From: a virus
Lineage: Duplodnaviria; Caudoviricetes
Strand: one strand, 5' to 3'
IMG/VR virus record: IMGVR_UViG_3300042914_002678
DNA: 64,000 nt
Shown here: positions 53,601 to 63,696 of the stretch, piece by piece
Numbering within the stretch: the stretch's first letter is position 1
Layout of the letters: each line of letters begins with the position of its first letter
Made by a program: the position numbers and the translations under genes
The notes under the pieces: model-generated
Databases searched by the model: none
Told to the model about the DNA's origin: nothing
Seen by the model: only the letters and a program-made list of their open reading frames with translations

Positions 53601-54688
53601 CTACAGAGATAGCAACTAATGTTGGTGGAGGTAAGTGGGAAAGTCCATATATTCAAAACTGCACAAGTAATACAACAACTGGAACAGGACTTCGTATTGA
53701 TGGAAACCAAGCGGAAGGTCTCAAGTCAATTGTTTGCGATAGTTATACTCAATATAATCAAGGAGGAGTCGGCGTTGCTATAACAAACGGTGGATATGCT
53801 CAACTTGTTAGTGTCTTTACTATTTGTTGTGATGTTGGTATTAGTTGCCACAAGGGAGCACAATGTTCATTGACAAATAGTAATACCTCGTTTGGAACAA
53901 AGGGTTTAGTTTCCGATGGAGTAAGTGATTTGCAGTTTACTGGTGTTGTTACATCTTCTGCCTCTGCTGGACAAGACACAGTAACAGTTGCACTAACAAC
54001 GACTACAAGACCTTACGACGGACAAGTAATGTTCTTTGGTTCTCTTTACTATACTGTAGAGTCAATAACAGTTACAAACGGAGGAAGTGGTTACTTAACG
54101 ACTCCTTCTGTTACCGTAGATTCTCCTACTGGACCAAATGGACAAACAGCAACAGCATTTGCAACTTTAAATGGTGGTTCTGTAGAATCAATTACTATAA
54201 TTTCAAGTGGAAGTCAATATGCAACAACACCTTCCGTAACTATTTCTGCTCCAGATAGTGGAGTAACGGCTGTAGCAGTAGCAAATGTTTCTCCGATATA
54301 TTACACAATAAATAGTTCAACCCCAGTAACCGCTGGTATCACCACATTAACTCTTGAACAAAATTTAAACAATACAATTGGTGTGGGTTCTACAGCATAT
54401 TTCTACCAAGTAAGTAGAATTAGTGCAAGTTCACATACATTTGAATATGTTGGATCAGGTAATGATATTACCGCAGCAACACCATTAACAGGTGGTGTTC
54501 CAATTCAAGAAAATGAAGTTGTTGAAACAAATGGTGGCGTTGTAATTTACACAAGCACCGATCAATCAGGAAACTTTAGAATTGGTGATGGATTACAAAT
54601 AAATCAAAACACCGGTACAATTAGTGGAAGAGCTTTTACAAGAAGTTTATTTACAGAAATGACACCATTTATTTTAGCACTAAGTTAA
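50690..54688 (+). CDS. Long fibre-like protein: coiled coil, fibre repeats and a beta-helix (pectin-lyase-like) domain
   Basis: 1332 aa, GTG start. About 480-aa heptad-rich N-terminus; NVLYVAKDGNDSNNG...AFLTISAAV...VLAGNY.E motif. Confidence 0.65.
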   Translation: MPLVKPSEFFDDKNKKSSLDSVKENLNSAAPEKLETISEAYDSFKTNLNQIQKLSNFTETLDNFKVGLERVDSLSDAVEQIKAEIQDFAKKEDLEESIMSQLFFIEESLKTTQSKIKTLNSKTLFNIKEEFDSLSSVVENFISTEVPLYKKLITESETRVDDRFSAYKESVASKVDDLSNQISKKFENIAKTLTGINEDSLDSIRENISLVEDKVDFVLERELPKYKKIFAETELKTEERLLETENKIKEQSENFEYLYLSKIESLREDFDTFVGTEIPKFKNTLVEFKLNAEDNTNQVLEKLDVNIKIIKESFDIFKKSVEDKNTEANEALEKNISSVENFINESKKEISSLTKTYENLYKDFKNREIHENKKLEEYSSKIEGFSQKISDLENSVSDQFIDIKEDFDSKSSDYYTTVKSRVEDFEKSILEKVSDIEINFIRNESHIQGIKESLQDTLSRIQLDVIERNNKKITEKIEYLESILDTFNEKTILSEGTSLLTGTPETKTKDPLTPLDKNFVTFDDLSNHYRQFINRVQIQLASIGGGGAGFIKDLDDVSFDQTVGDNQLLIYNQANSKWVGIASTAVGGNIGIQSAGTLIKDSVRVLNFIGLGNTFSVNGDTVDISISAGAGGTWALTSAGIHTTKSVGIATTSAKTGVSLYVVGDAEIAGNISVAGTITYEDVTNVDSIGLITARSGINVISGGINAVGVISATSFNGNLTGNVTGNADTATYASLSGVATYSSVTGISTNVIGGIASVTQLNVSGISTFNSDVKFNNNILHTGIATFGSSNGIGTVTVGVGSTALYVDGDARIVGVLTVGRASVTIDGDNNTITAGIVTITNSTIVLGDNITLSGNAAGINSAPNVLYVAKDGNDSNNGVSIDNAFLTISAAVGAASSGTIVKVLAGNYLENNPIEVPAFVSVVGNDLKTVTVSPNNATKDIFHVRKGCYLANMTFTNHIAPAAAIGFPTTEIATNVGGGKWESPYIQNCTSNTTTGTGLRIDGNQAEGLKSIVCDSYTQYNQGGVGVAITNGGYAQLVSVFTICCDVGISCHKGAQCSLTNSNTSFGTKGLVSDGVSDLQFTGVVTSSASAGQDTVTVALTTTTRPYDGQVMFFGSLYYTVESITVTNGGSGYLTTPSVTVDSPTGPNGQTATAFATLNGGSVESITIISSGSQYATTPSVTISAPDSGVTAVAVANVSPIYYTINSSTPVTAGITTLTLEQNLNNTIGVGSTAYFYQVSRISASSHTFEYVGSGNDITAATPLTGGVPIQENEVVETNGGVVIYTSTDQSGNFRIGDGLQINQNTGTISGRAFTRSLFTEMTPFILALS

Positions 54689-54689
54689 T

Positions 54690-55025
54690 ATGGCACAACT
54701 AGCACTTAATAGATTTCAGACAGAAACCTTAGAAGTAACCACAGGAATTCAAACAGCATATACAGCTCCTACTGGTTATACATCAATTATTCTATATGCA
54801 CATATAACGAATATTGGAGCAAGTGATGCGACAGTAACTATGTCCCATAAAAGAAGCACTACCAGTACAGAACTTATTAAAAATGGAACAGTTCCTGTAA
54901 ATGATGCTTTTATTCCCTTAGATGGGAAATTGGTTTTAGAAACCAACGATTCAATTGTTATTTCAGGAAGTGCTAATAACACTTTAAAACTTATTCTAAG
55001 CATTTTAGAGACTGCCAATGCCTAA
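54690..55025 (+). CDS. Small virion-associated beta protein
   Basis: 111 aa ORF in the late operon. Confidence 0.65.
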   Translation: MAQLALNRFQTETLEVTTGIQTAYTAPTGYTSIILYAHITNIGASDATVTMSHKRSTTSTELIKNGTVPVNDAFIPLDGKLVLETNDSIVISGSANNTLKLILSILETANA

Positions 55026-55263
55026 ACTAGTCAGTCAAAAAAACTTAAGGAAACCTGCAGTATCTGGATATGTTCTTTCCAGTAGCACCGTAGGTATTCA
55101 GACTTGGGTTGATAATAAATCTGTAGGCATATCAAGTGATGGGACTTCAATAGGAACCGCATCAACTATCAACTTCAGTGGTGCTACTGTTTCAATTTCT
55201 GCAGGCATTGCCTCAGTTGCTATTGCAGGTGGTTTAAACGTTTATAGTATCATAGGTTTATGA
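55018..55263 (+). CDS. Small hypothetical protein (fibre-like motif)
   Basis: 81 aa ORF in the late operon. Confidence 0.55.
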   Translation: MPKLVSQKNLRKPAVSGYVLSSSTVGIQTWVDNKSVGISSDGTSIGTASTINFSGATVSISAGIASVAIAGGLNVYSIIGL

Positions 55264-55415
55264 AAACCTTTAAAGAGTTTCAAGAAGAGTGGACGAATAA
55301 ATATAAAAAGAGTATTGACTGCTCAAATCCAAAAGGATTTTCTCAACGTGCCCACTGCGCGGCAAGAAGAAAAAGAGCAAGAGGTGAAGAAACAACATCA
55401 AAACCAGTTGAATGA
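55260..55415 (+). CDS. Small basic Cys-containing protein with CTS-like N-terminus (not in ORF track)
   Basis: 51 aa MKTFKEFQEEWTNKYKKSIDCSNPKGFSQRAHCAARRKR...; ATGA overlaps at both ends. Confidence 0.7.
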   Translation: MKTFKEFQEEWTNKYKKSIDCSNPKGFSQRAHCAARRKRARGEETTSKPVE

Positions 55416-57082
55416 AGTATCAAAAATTTTCCCACAAAACACCACATCTAAAAGGGAAACAACATCAGTTGGATCCCAATCTAGATTTAAAACAATTAGT
55501 ACATCATGCTACGGTTCAATATGTTGACCGTGACGCAGATGGCGATGTGGATGTTTATGATAATCCAAAGAAAAAAACTCCAGATGAAAATCCTGTAGAT
55601 ATTAATGTTGGCGCAGTATCTAAGAAATTAATTGCAAAGCAAAAGGGAGAGATTAAGCATACCAAAAGAGGTATGGCTTACGAGGGAAGTTTACATAAGT
55701 GGTTTAAGTCTTCTAGTTCAAAAGATGGAAAACCTGGTTGGGTTAATGTTGTAACTGGTGGAACTTGTGCAAGTGACGAACCGGGAGAGGGAACACCTAA
55801 GTGTGTTTCTTCTGCAAAAAGAGCAAGTATGACAGATGCAGAACGTCGCTCTGCAGCAAGAAGAAAAAAAGAGGCAGATCCTGGACAGCAGCAAAAATCC
55901 GGAGCAGCAAAACCAACTTACGTCTCAACCGATAGTCCTAAAAAAATGAAAGAAGAAAAAGAAGAAAGAAGATATTGTACTAAGTGTAAAAAGAAAGAGA
56001 CTCGCAGCGAGTGCTCTTATGGTCCTCAAGTTTGGGACAAATATTCCATTGCTTCTATCGTTCCAGCGAATGAAGAAAGGGACCACGAACATTCTATGGC
56101 TCGTTCAGAACTTTCTACAATTATGAACGCTGCGAAGAGATTGAAGAAGAAAATGGGTAAGGGTGAAGGAAATATTGAAGCGTGGGTTCAATCAAAAATC
56201 ACCAAAGCAGCAGACTACTTAGATTCTGCAGCAGATTATATCGATAGTGGTGAACATGACGTTGATGAAGAATGTTGGTCTGGATATAAGCAAGTGGGAA
56301 TGAAAAAGAAAGGTAAAAAAATTGTTCCCAATTGTGTTCCAGAAGAAACTGTTGGTGAAGAGAAAGACGTTAAAGGTAAAGGAAGTGGTAAGAAAGATGC
56401 TTGCTACAATAAAGTAAAATCAAGATATGATGTTTGGCCATCTGCATATGCTTCTGGGGCACTTGTAAAGTGTCGTAAAGTTGGTGCTGCTAACTGGGGC
56501 AACAAATCGGAGTCTGTATCTATAGAAGATGCAAATGGCAATCTTTATGCAGAGTTTGTGGATATTATTAAACCAGAACCATTAAAACCAACTGAAGGTA
56601 TTGGAAGCGAACTAGTTGGGGAAGCAGTTCGTATTCCAGCAAAAACGGGAAATATAATTCTTGTGACTCTAATTTGGAGAGCAAAATATTATATGATTAA
56701 AATGTTCTTCCCACAAGTAACCAAACCAAATAGAAAGGAAGTTCAGGATCAAATTGAAAAGGTATATCCTGGAGCAAAAGTTCAGTCTTATTATATTTCC
56801 GATATCAAACCAGGTGAACAGTTCTTACAAACTGAAGGTGCTGCTTGGACTCGTAAAGAGGGGCAGAATAAAGAAGGTGGTTTGAACGAGAAAGGTCGCA
56901 AATCATATGAGAGAGAAAATCCCGGAAGTGACCTTAAGGCACCATCCAAAAAAGTTGGTAATAAGCGTCGTGCATCATTTTGTGCAAGAATGTCTGGTAT
57001 GAAGAAAAAACTAACTTCAGCAAAAACTGCCAACGATCCAAATAGCAGAATAAATAAGTCATTAAGAGCTTGGAACTGCTGA
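55412..57082 (+). CDS. Modular basic protein, candidate head-internal/accessory virion protein
   Basis: 556 aa; a series of short basic Cys-pair modules separated by acidic linkers. Confidence 0.7.
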   Translation: MKYQKFSHKTPHLKGKQHQLDPNLDLKQLVHHATVQYVDRDADGDVDVYDNPKKKTPDENPVDINVGAVSKKLIAKQKGEIKHTKRGMAYEGSLHKWFKSSSSKDGKPGWVNVVTGGTCASDEPGEGTPKCVSSAKRASMTDAERRSAARRKKEADPGQQQKSGAAKPTYVSTDSPKKMKEEKEERRYCTKCKKKETRSECSYGPQVWDKYSIASIVPANEERDHEHSMARSELSTIMNAAKRLKKKMGKGEGNIEAWVQSKITKAADYLDSAADYIDSGEHDVDEECWSGYKQVGMKKKGKKIVPNCVPEETVGEEKDVKGKGSGKKDACYNKVKSRYDVWPSAYASGALVKCRKVGAANWGNKSESVSIEDANGNLYAEFVDIIKPEPLKPTEGIGSELVGEAVRIPAKTGNIILVTLIWRAKYYMIKMFFPQVTKPNRKEVQDQIEKVYPGAKVQSYYISDIKPGEQFLQTEGAAWTRKEGQNKEGGLNEKGRKSYERENPGSDLKAPSKKVGNKRRASFCARMSGMKKKLTSAKTANDPNSRINKSLRAWNC

Positions 57083-57083
57083 T

Positions 57084-57395
57084 ATGAAATCTTTTAAGCA
57101 ATTCTTATCAGAGAGTATAACTATCAACGGAGATTTTAATGGAACTCTAAACGTTGGTGGCATGTCTCATCCAGAACAAGCGCAGGAATCTTTTTTTGCT
57201 GATGTTGTATGGGAGGGTAGACTTTACCGTTTAGAGGTAGAAGGTAAAATGCTTTCTAAAAATGAACTAGCTGAACAAATCCAAGGAGAATATCCTGGAG
57301 CCATTGTTCATAATGTTTATCCTTCTCAAGAAAACACTTCAAAAATTAAAAACGCACATAGATATCAGCCAGAAAGATTAACGTGGAGTGATTGA
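57084..57395 (+). CDS. Hypothetical protein with CTS-like N-terminus
   Basis: 103 aa MKSFKQFLSE... Confidence 0.7.
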   Translation: MKSFKQFLSESITINGDFNGTLNVGGMSHPEQAQESFFADVVWEGRLYRLEVEGKMLSKNELAEQIQGEYPGAIVHNVYPSQENTSKIKNAHRYQPERLTWSD

Positions 57396-57398
57396 TTT

Positions 57399-58829
57399 AT
57401 GGCTCAGTGGAATATAACTACACAAGATTATTTAAATCAAGAAAGATCATTATTTGAAGTTGTAGGTGTTGCCTCAAGTGATGGACAAATAATTAGTCAC
57501 CAAAATCCATTTCCAGTCACTGGAACTGTGGGTATTTCATCGGAAACTGTTGTAACGATTAATCCAGATACAAATGCGGTTGATGCATTTGGTAGAAGTA
57601 GAGTTTCTGAACCATTTACTCTTGGTGACTACAAGCACTTATATGCTATTGACCCAAACTTTTTAGATAGTGTTTCTGGTACTGGTTCAACAGTAACATT
57701 TAAAATAAATCAAGCAGCAGCAAGATTGCAAACTGGTATTGGATCTACTGCATTTAGTATTCACCAAACGAAGTTTTATCATCACTATCAACCAGGAAAA
57801 GGACAACTAATTTTTAGTTCTTTTAACTTCTATGCTCCTCAACAAAATGCAACTAAAAGAACTGGATATTTTGATGATAGAGACGGAATTTATTTTGAAC
57901 AGGTTGGACTTAATACTTCTGATGGAATAAATCCTGGTATTGGAACAAACAATTGGGTAATCAGAACTTTTGTAAGTGGAATTGCAACAGAAACAAGAAT
58001 TCCACAATCGGAATGGAATAAAGACAAATGTGATGGAACAGGTACTTCTGGGTTCAATTTAGATATTACAAAAACTCAACTTGCATTTATAGATTTTCAG
58101 TGGTTAGGTGTTGGTAGAGTTCGTTGTGGATTTGCTCATAATGGACAACTCATCACCGCACACGAATTCAACCATTCCAACTATCAGACCACAGTTTATA
58201 TTGCAAATCCAAACCTACCAGTTCGTTGCGAACTCCGAAATACTGGTGTAGGTATTGGGGCATCATTCGATCAGATTTGTTCTTCTGTGATGTCAGAAGG
58301 TGGATATGTAGAAAGTGGTATTGACTTTGCTTATACAATGACTACTACAAGAACCACACCAACACCAGCAGGGACAGAACTTCCTTTGGTTGCCATTCGT
58401 CTCAAAAATATTTTTCAGGGATATCCAAATAGAATATCAGTTAAATTGAATAATATTTCATTATTCTGTGAAACAAATAGTATTGTGTATAAAGTTATAA
58501 AACTTCCAAGTTCTGCTTATTTAAGTAATGCAGGAACTTTAACTTGGACTTCTGCTTCTGATAATAGTGGTGTTGAGTTTTGTATTGATGCGACAACTTA
58601 TTTTAATGGTGATGTTTTTGCGTCTGGTTATGTTCCTTCTGGCGCATCACAAAACTCACTTTCACCAGTTGCTTCTGGAACATTAAGTCAGGCAAAGAAA
58701 AATATTATTGTTCAAAATATAGATTCAACAAACTCTGAAATTTATGTGCTTGTTGTAAGAACTATTACTACTACAGGTAACGCTACTGCTAACGTCGCTG
58801 CTGCTCTTCAATGGAGAGAAATTTATTAA
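57399..58829 (+). CDS. Conserved virion structural protein (beta-rich)
   Basis: 476 aa. DAFGRSRVSEPFTLGDY; HHYQPGKGQ; DFQWLGVGRVRCGF. Confidence 0.7.
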   Translation: MAQWNITTQDYLNQERSLFEVVGVASSDGQIISHQNPFPVTGTVGISSETVVTINPDTNAVDAFGRSRVSEPFTLGDYKHLYAIDPNFLDSVSGTGSTVTFKINQAAARLQTGIGSTAFSIHQTKFYHHYQPGKGQLIFSSFNFYAPQQNATKRTGYFDDRDGIYFEQVGLNTSDGINPGIGTNNWVIRTFVSGIATETRIPQSEWNKDKCDGTGTSGFNLDITKTQLAFIDFQWLGVGRVRCGFAHNGQLITAHEFNHSNYQTTVYIANPNLPVRCELRNTGVGIGASFDQICSSVMSEGGYVESGIDFAYTMTTTRTTPTPAGTELPLVAIRLKNIFQGYPNRISVKLNNISLFCETNSIVYKVIKLPSSAYLSNAGTLTWTSASDNSGVEFCIDATTYFNGDVFASGYVPSGASQNSLSPVASGTLSQAKKNIIVQNIDSTNSEIYVLVVRTITTTGNATANVAAALQWREIY

Positions 58830-58832
58830 AAT

Positions 58833-60479
58833 ATGACTGATAGTGTATATCTTGGTAATCCAAATTTAAAAAAGGCTAATACTCCTATTGAGTTTACAGA
58901 AGAACAAATTCTTGAGTTTGTTAAGTGTAAAGACGATCCAGTTTACTTTGCAAATAACTATATCAAAATTGTTTCTCTTGATGAGGGATTAACTCAGTTT
59001 CATCCATATCACTTCCAAGAAAAATTAATCAACAATTTCCATACCAATAGATTTAATATTTGTAAGATGCCGCGTCAGACTGGTAAGTCTACAACTGTGG
59101 TTTCCTATCTTCTTCACTACCTCATTTTTAATGATAGTGTGAATATTGGTATCTTGGCAAACAAAGCGGCTACTGCAAGAGAACTATTAAGTAGGTTAGC
59201 AACTGCTTACGAAAACCTACCAAAATGGATGCAGCAAGGTATTATATCTTGGAATAAAGGTAACATCGAATTAGAAAATGGATCAAAGATTCTGGCTGCT
59301 TCTACGTCTGCAAGTGCTGTCCGAGGCATGTCGTTCAATATCCTCTTCTTGGACGAATTCGCTTTCGTTCCAAACCATATCGCAGATTCCTTCTTTGCAT
59401 CTGTTTATCCTACTATTACTTCTGGTAAAAGCACGAAAGTAATTATTGTTTCAACCCCACATGGTATGAATCATTTCTACCGAATGTGGCATGATGCTGA
59501 AAAGGGTAGAAATGAATATGTACCAACAGATGTTCACTGGTCAGAAGTCCCTGGAAGAGATGAGGAATGGAAAAAGCAAACGATAGCGAACACCTCAGAA
59601 CAGCAATTTAAGATTGAGTTTGAGTGTGAATTCCTTGGATCTGTTGATACATTGATTGCGCCAAGCAAACTCAAAAGTTTCATTTATGACGCTCCAATTC
59701 AGAGGAATGCTGGATTAGATGTATATGAACAGGTAAAAGAAAACCACGACTACGTAATCACTGTTGACGTTGCTAGAGGAGTGAGTGAAGATTACTCTGC
59801 ATTTATCGTTGTTGATATAACTTCTTTCCCCCATTCAGTTGTTGCAAAATATAGAAACAATGAAATAAAACCAATGCTATTTCCAAATGTAATATACGAA
59901 GTAGCAAAGAACTATAATGGTGCATATATTCTCTGTGAGGTCAACGATATTGGGGACCAGGTAGCGTCATTGCTGCATTATGACCTAGAGTATCAAAACG
60001 TCTTAATGTGCTCAATGAGGGGGCGTGCAGGGCAGATTGTGGGGCAAGGATTTTCTGGGAAGAAAACTCAACTTGGCGTTAAGATGTCCAAGACTGTAAA
60101 AAAAGTTGGTGCCCTCAATCTCAAAACTATGATTGAGAGTGACAAATTGCTTTTCAAGGATTATGAAATAATTTCCGAACTTACGACTTTCATTTCAAAG
60201 CACAACTCATTTGAAGCAGAGGAGGGTTGTAATGATGACCTTGCAATGTGTCTGGTAATTTATGCTTGGTTGGTTGCACAAGACTACTTCAAAGAACTAA
60301 CTGACCAAGATATTAGAAAACGTTTATATGAAGAACAAAAGAACCAAATAGAACAAGATATGTCACCATTTGGATTTATTGTGGATGGTACAGATACGAC
60401 AAGTTTTGTTGACGTTGATGGAGACAGATGGTTTACTGATGAGTATGGTGATATGGCATATATGTGGGAGTATCAGTGA
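58833..60479 (+). CDS. gp17: Terminase large subunit gp17
   Basis: PRQTGKST (Walker A), LFLDEFAF (Walker B), VDVARG, DDLAM. Confidence 0.96.
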   Translation: MTDSVYLGNPNLKKANTPIEFTEEQILEFVKCKDDPVYFANNYIKIVSLDEGLTQFHPYHFQEKLINNFHTNRFNICKMPRQTGKSTTVVSYLLHYLIFNDSVNIGILANKAATARELLSRLATAYENLPKWMQQGIISWNKGNIELENGSKILAASTSASAVRGMSFNILFLDEFAFVPNHIADSFFASVYPTITSGKSTKVIIVSTPHGMNHFYRMWHDAEKGRNEYVPTDVHWSEVPGRDEEWKKQTIANTSEQQFKIEFECEFLGSVDTLIAPSKLKSFIYDAPIQRNAGLDVYEQVKENHDYVITVDVARGVSEDYSAFIVVDITSFPHSVVAKYRNNEIKPMLFPNVIYEVAKNYNGAYILCEVNDIGDQVASLLHYDLEYQNVLMCSMRGRAGQIVGQGFSGKKTQLGVKMSKTVKKVGALNLKTMIESDKLLFKDYEIISELTTFISKHNSFEAEEGCNDDLAMCLVIYAWLVAQDYFKELTDQDIRKRLYEEQKNQIEQDMSPFGFIVDGTDTTSFVDVDGDRWFTDEYGDMAYMWEYQ

Positions 60480-60706
60480 TGGAATTAGACAAGCAAATAA
60501 AACTTGGTCATTTATTGCTTGCTGATAGAAAATGTAGAGTTTGTGGTGAGGTAAAAAATTTAATTGAAGACTTTTATAGAACAAGAAAAGATAGAGGACC
60601 AGTTGCATCATCGTATTCTTATGAATGTAAAGACTGCACGATAAAGCGTGTTGTGGGAAGAATAACCACTAAAATTTTTGATAGATGGGAATATCCTGAC
60701 TGGTAA
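60479..60706 (+). CDS. Small zinc-finger-like protein
   Basis: CRVC...CKDC; TGATG overlap with gp17. Confidence 0.7.
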   Translation: MELDKQIKLGHLLLADRKCRVCGEVKNLIEDFYRTRKDRGPVASSYSYECKDCTIKRVVGRITTKIFDRWEYPDW

Positions 60707-60789
60707 ATTATTCACGTCATCTTTCCCCTCTGTAAAGTAACTTTTTAATAAATATTTTTTAGATAAACTGAGACTTCACGGAGAAAAAC

Positions 60790-63033
60790 ATGGCGACTCC
60801 TCAATTATCTCCAGGCGTACTCGTCAGAGAGGTTGATTTAACAGTAGGAAGAGCTGATAATGTTTTAGATAATATTGGTGCCATTGCTGGACCATTTGAA
60901 ATTGGACCTGTTAACGAACCTATTGATATTAGTACTGAGGCAGATCTTATCAACGTATTTGGTAAGCCAATCTCAACAGATACCCAGTACGAATACTGGA
61001 TGAGCGCAGCATCATACCTCTCATATGGAGGAGTTCTTAAAGTTGTTAGAGTTGCTGGAAGTACTCTGGCAAATGCAAACGCTGGTGTTAATGCAGCGAG
61101 TGCAACATTAACGGGTAATGGTCGTATTGATAACTACGACGATTACATGAACAATCACGTTGATGCAACCAACTTTACATATGCAGCAAAAAACCCAGGA
61201 AGCTGGGCAAATGGATTAAAAGTTTGCTTCATTGATGACAAGGCAGACCAGATAATCGGTATTGGAACAACCAATCTCGCTGAAGCAGGTGCAACCGTAG
61301 GTGCAGGTATCACAGCACCTCTCGTCAATGTGGTTGTACCATCAGTTGCAACTGGAACTACTGCATTCTTTAATGGATACCTGAAAGGAATTATTACTGG
61401 AGTTTCTACAGATACTGTAAGTGGAAATAGCAAAATTGATGTTAAGATTGTTTCTAGAGTAGAAACTTCTGGGGCGGGCGTAACAGAGACGACAATTAAT
61501 TATTCAGAAGGAACTGCATTTGCAGCATTCGATACTGCAGACACACTAACCTTTGTTAATAATGTTGGTGTTAATACCGGACTTTCTGCTACTACACCAT
61601 ATACTCCAACTTCAGTTTCTGATTGGTATGACAATCAAACTTTAGGTCTTAACAATGCTTCAATCTTCTGGAAAGAAATTGCAGCAAAACCAACTTCCAA
61701 CGTCTATGCAACTGATAGACAGGGTAAGAATGATGCATTACACATTGTTATCGTAGATGACAATGGAACAGTTTCTGGAATTAAAGGCAACATTCTTGAG
61801 AAGCATGTTAGCATCTCTAAGGCAAATGATGCAGTTTCTAGCGTAAACTCCCCACAAAAAATCTGGTACGAACAGTATCTTGCAGATTTCTCCCAGTATA
61901 TCTACGCTGGTAGCAATCCTTCAGCAGCAATTGATACGTATCATAATACAGTTCCAGTTGCTACTGGATTTACAACGTATTCTGGCGTTAAGTCTGCATC
62001 CTTCACCCCAATTGCATTGGGAGACCGTCTGTGGGGACAAGATGCTCAAGGAGTAACTTTCTCGGCAATCGGAAACGTATCATATACTCTTGCAGCAGGA
62101 GTTGATTATTCTGCAAATGGTGGAATGAAGGCAGAACTTTCTGACCTAATCACCGCATACGGATACTTCCAAAACAAAGATGAGATCCAAGTAGATTATT
62201 TAATCATGGGTCCTGGTCTGACTTCTGAAGGCGAATCTCAAGCAAAGGCAAACTACCTAATCTCTCTTGCAGGCGCAAGAAAAGATTGTGTTGCAACTAT
62301 TGGACCTCACAGAGGAAATCTGGTAAATGTTACAAACACAACAACCCAGACAAATAATCTAATTAACTTCTTTAGCCCACTTGCATCTTCATCATACGCA
62401 ATATTTGATAGTGGATATAAGTATACCTATGATAGATTCAACAACAGATTTGTCTACATTCCTTGTAATGCTGACGTTGCTGGTCTGATGACTAGAACAA
62501 ATGTTGTTGCTTATCCTTGGTTCTCACCTGCAGGACAGCAAAGAGGAATCTTAAACAACACCATTAAACTAGCATACAATCCAACCAAAGCACAAAGAGA
62601 CAAACTTTATCCACTGAGAATTAACTCAATTGTTACTCAACCTGGAATTGGAACTCTTCTCTTTGGTGACAAAACGGCTTTAGGTTATGCATCTGCGTTT
62701 GATAGAATCAACGTTCGTCGTTTGTTCCTGACCATTGAGCAAGCACTCGAAAGAGCTGCACAAGCTCAACTCTTCGAACTGAACGACGAATTGACACGAG
62801 CGAACTTCAGAAACATCGTTGAACCATATCTCCGCGATGTTCAGGCAAAGAGGGGTCTATATGGATTCCTAGTTGTTTGTGATACAACAAACAACACTCC
62901 TGATGTTATTGATAACAATGAATTCCGTGCAGATATCTTCTTAAAACCAACGAAGTCAATTAACTTCGTAACTCTCACGTTCGTTGCCACACGCACTGGA
63001 GTAAGTTTTGATGAAGTAGTTGGTAGAGTTTGA
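60790..63033 (+). CDS. gp18: Tail sheath protein gp18
   Basis: SPGVLVREVDLT; WFSPAGQQRG; DRINVRRLF; KPTKSINFVTLTFVA. Confidence 0.96.
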   Translation: MATPQLSPGVLVREVDLTVGRADNVLDNIGAIAGPFEIGPVNEPIDISTEADLINVFGKPISTDTQYEYWMSAASYLSYGGVLKVVRVAGSTLANANAGVNAASATLTGNGRIDNYDDYMNNHVDATNFTYAAKNPGSWANGLKVCFIDDKADQIIGIGTTNLAEAGATVGAGITAPLVNVVVPSVATGTTAFFNGYLKGIITGVSTDTVSGNSKIDVKIVSRVETSGAGVTETTINYSEGTAFAAFDTADTLTFVNNVGVNTGLSATTPYTPTSVSDWYDNQTLGLNNASIFWKEIAAKPTSNVYATDRQGKNDALHIVIVDDNGTVSGIKGNILEKHVSISKANDAVSSVNSPQKIWYEQYLADFSQYIYAGSNPSAAIDTYHNTVPVATGFTTYSGVKSASFTPIALGDRLWGQDAQGVTFSAIGNVSYTLAAGVDYSANGGMKAELSDLITAYGYFQNKDEIQVDYLIMGPGLTSEGESQAKANYLISLAGARKDCVATIGPHRGNLVNVTNTTTQTNNLINFFSPLASSSYAIFDSGYKYTYDRFNNRFVYIPCNADVAGLMTRTNVVAYPWFSPAGQQRGILNNTIKLAYNPTKAQRDKLYPLRINSIVTQPGIGTLLFGDKTALGYASAFDRINVRRLFLTIEQALERAAQAQLFELNDELTRANFRNIVEPYLRDVQAKRGLYGFLVVCDTTNNTPDVIDNNEFRADIFLKPTKSINFVTLTFVATRTGVSFDEVVGRV

Positions 63034-63069
63034 TTCGTTAATCTAAATAACTAAAGGAGGACAAAAATC

Positions 63070-63660
63070 ATGGCATCAACAAGAGAAAACAAGACAATTT
63101 CTCAGTTTAAGTCTGCACTTGTTGGGGGCGGCGCTCGCCCCAATCTATTTGAAGTAGAGATGACCACTCTACCCAATGGAATTAATTGGGATGCAGAAAA
63201 TTTTAGATTTATGTGCAAGGCAGCTGCGCTTCCTGCTCAGAATGTTGCATCAATCGATGTCCCATTCCGTGGAAGAATTTTCAAGGTTGCTGGAGACAGA
63301 ACAATTGATACCTGGACTGTAACGATCATCAATGATGAAGGATTCCTTCTCAGAAATGCTTTTGAAGAATGGTCCAACCTAATTGCAGATCTCGGAACAA
63401 ACATTGGTGCAACTGATCCAAGTGCATATATGACAAATGCAACTGTTTATCAGTTGGGTAGAGGTTCATCTGCAAGCAGTCAGGATAATTCAGGGAACGC
63501 AAATGCTGTTCTAAAGCAGTATGAGTTTGTTGATATTTTCCCAACCAATGTATCACAAATTGATCTTTCATATGATTCTTCAGACACAATTGAAGAATTC
63601 ACGGTTGAATTCCAAGTTCAGTCATTCACAACAACCGGTGCTGGCGGTCCAAACGGATAA
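63070..63660 (+). CDS. gp19: Tail tube protein gp19
   Basis: GGGARPNLFEV; KVAGDRT.D.WTVTIIND; TIEEFTVEFQ. Confidence 0.95.
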   Translation: MASTRENKTISQFKSALVGGGARPNLFEVEMTTLPNGINWDAENFRFMCKAAALPAQNVASIDVPFRGRIFKVAGDRTIDTWTVTIINDEGFLLRNAFEEWSNLIADLGTNIGATDPSAYMTNATVYQLGRGSSASSQDNSGNANAVLKQYEFVDIFPTNVSQIDLSYDSSDTIEEFTVEFQVQSFTTTGAGGPNG

Positions 63661-63696
63661 TAAATAGTAGAAAGGTTAAACTTAAAATAATAAATT

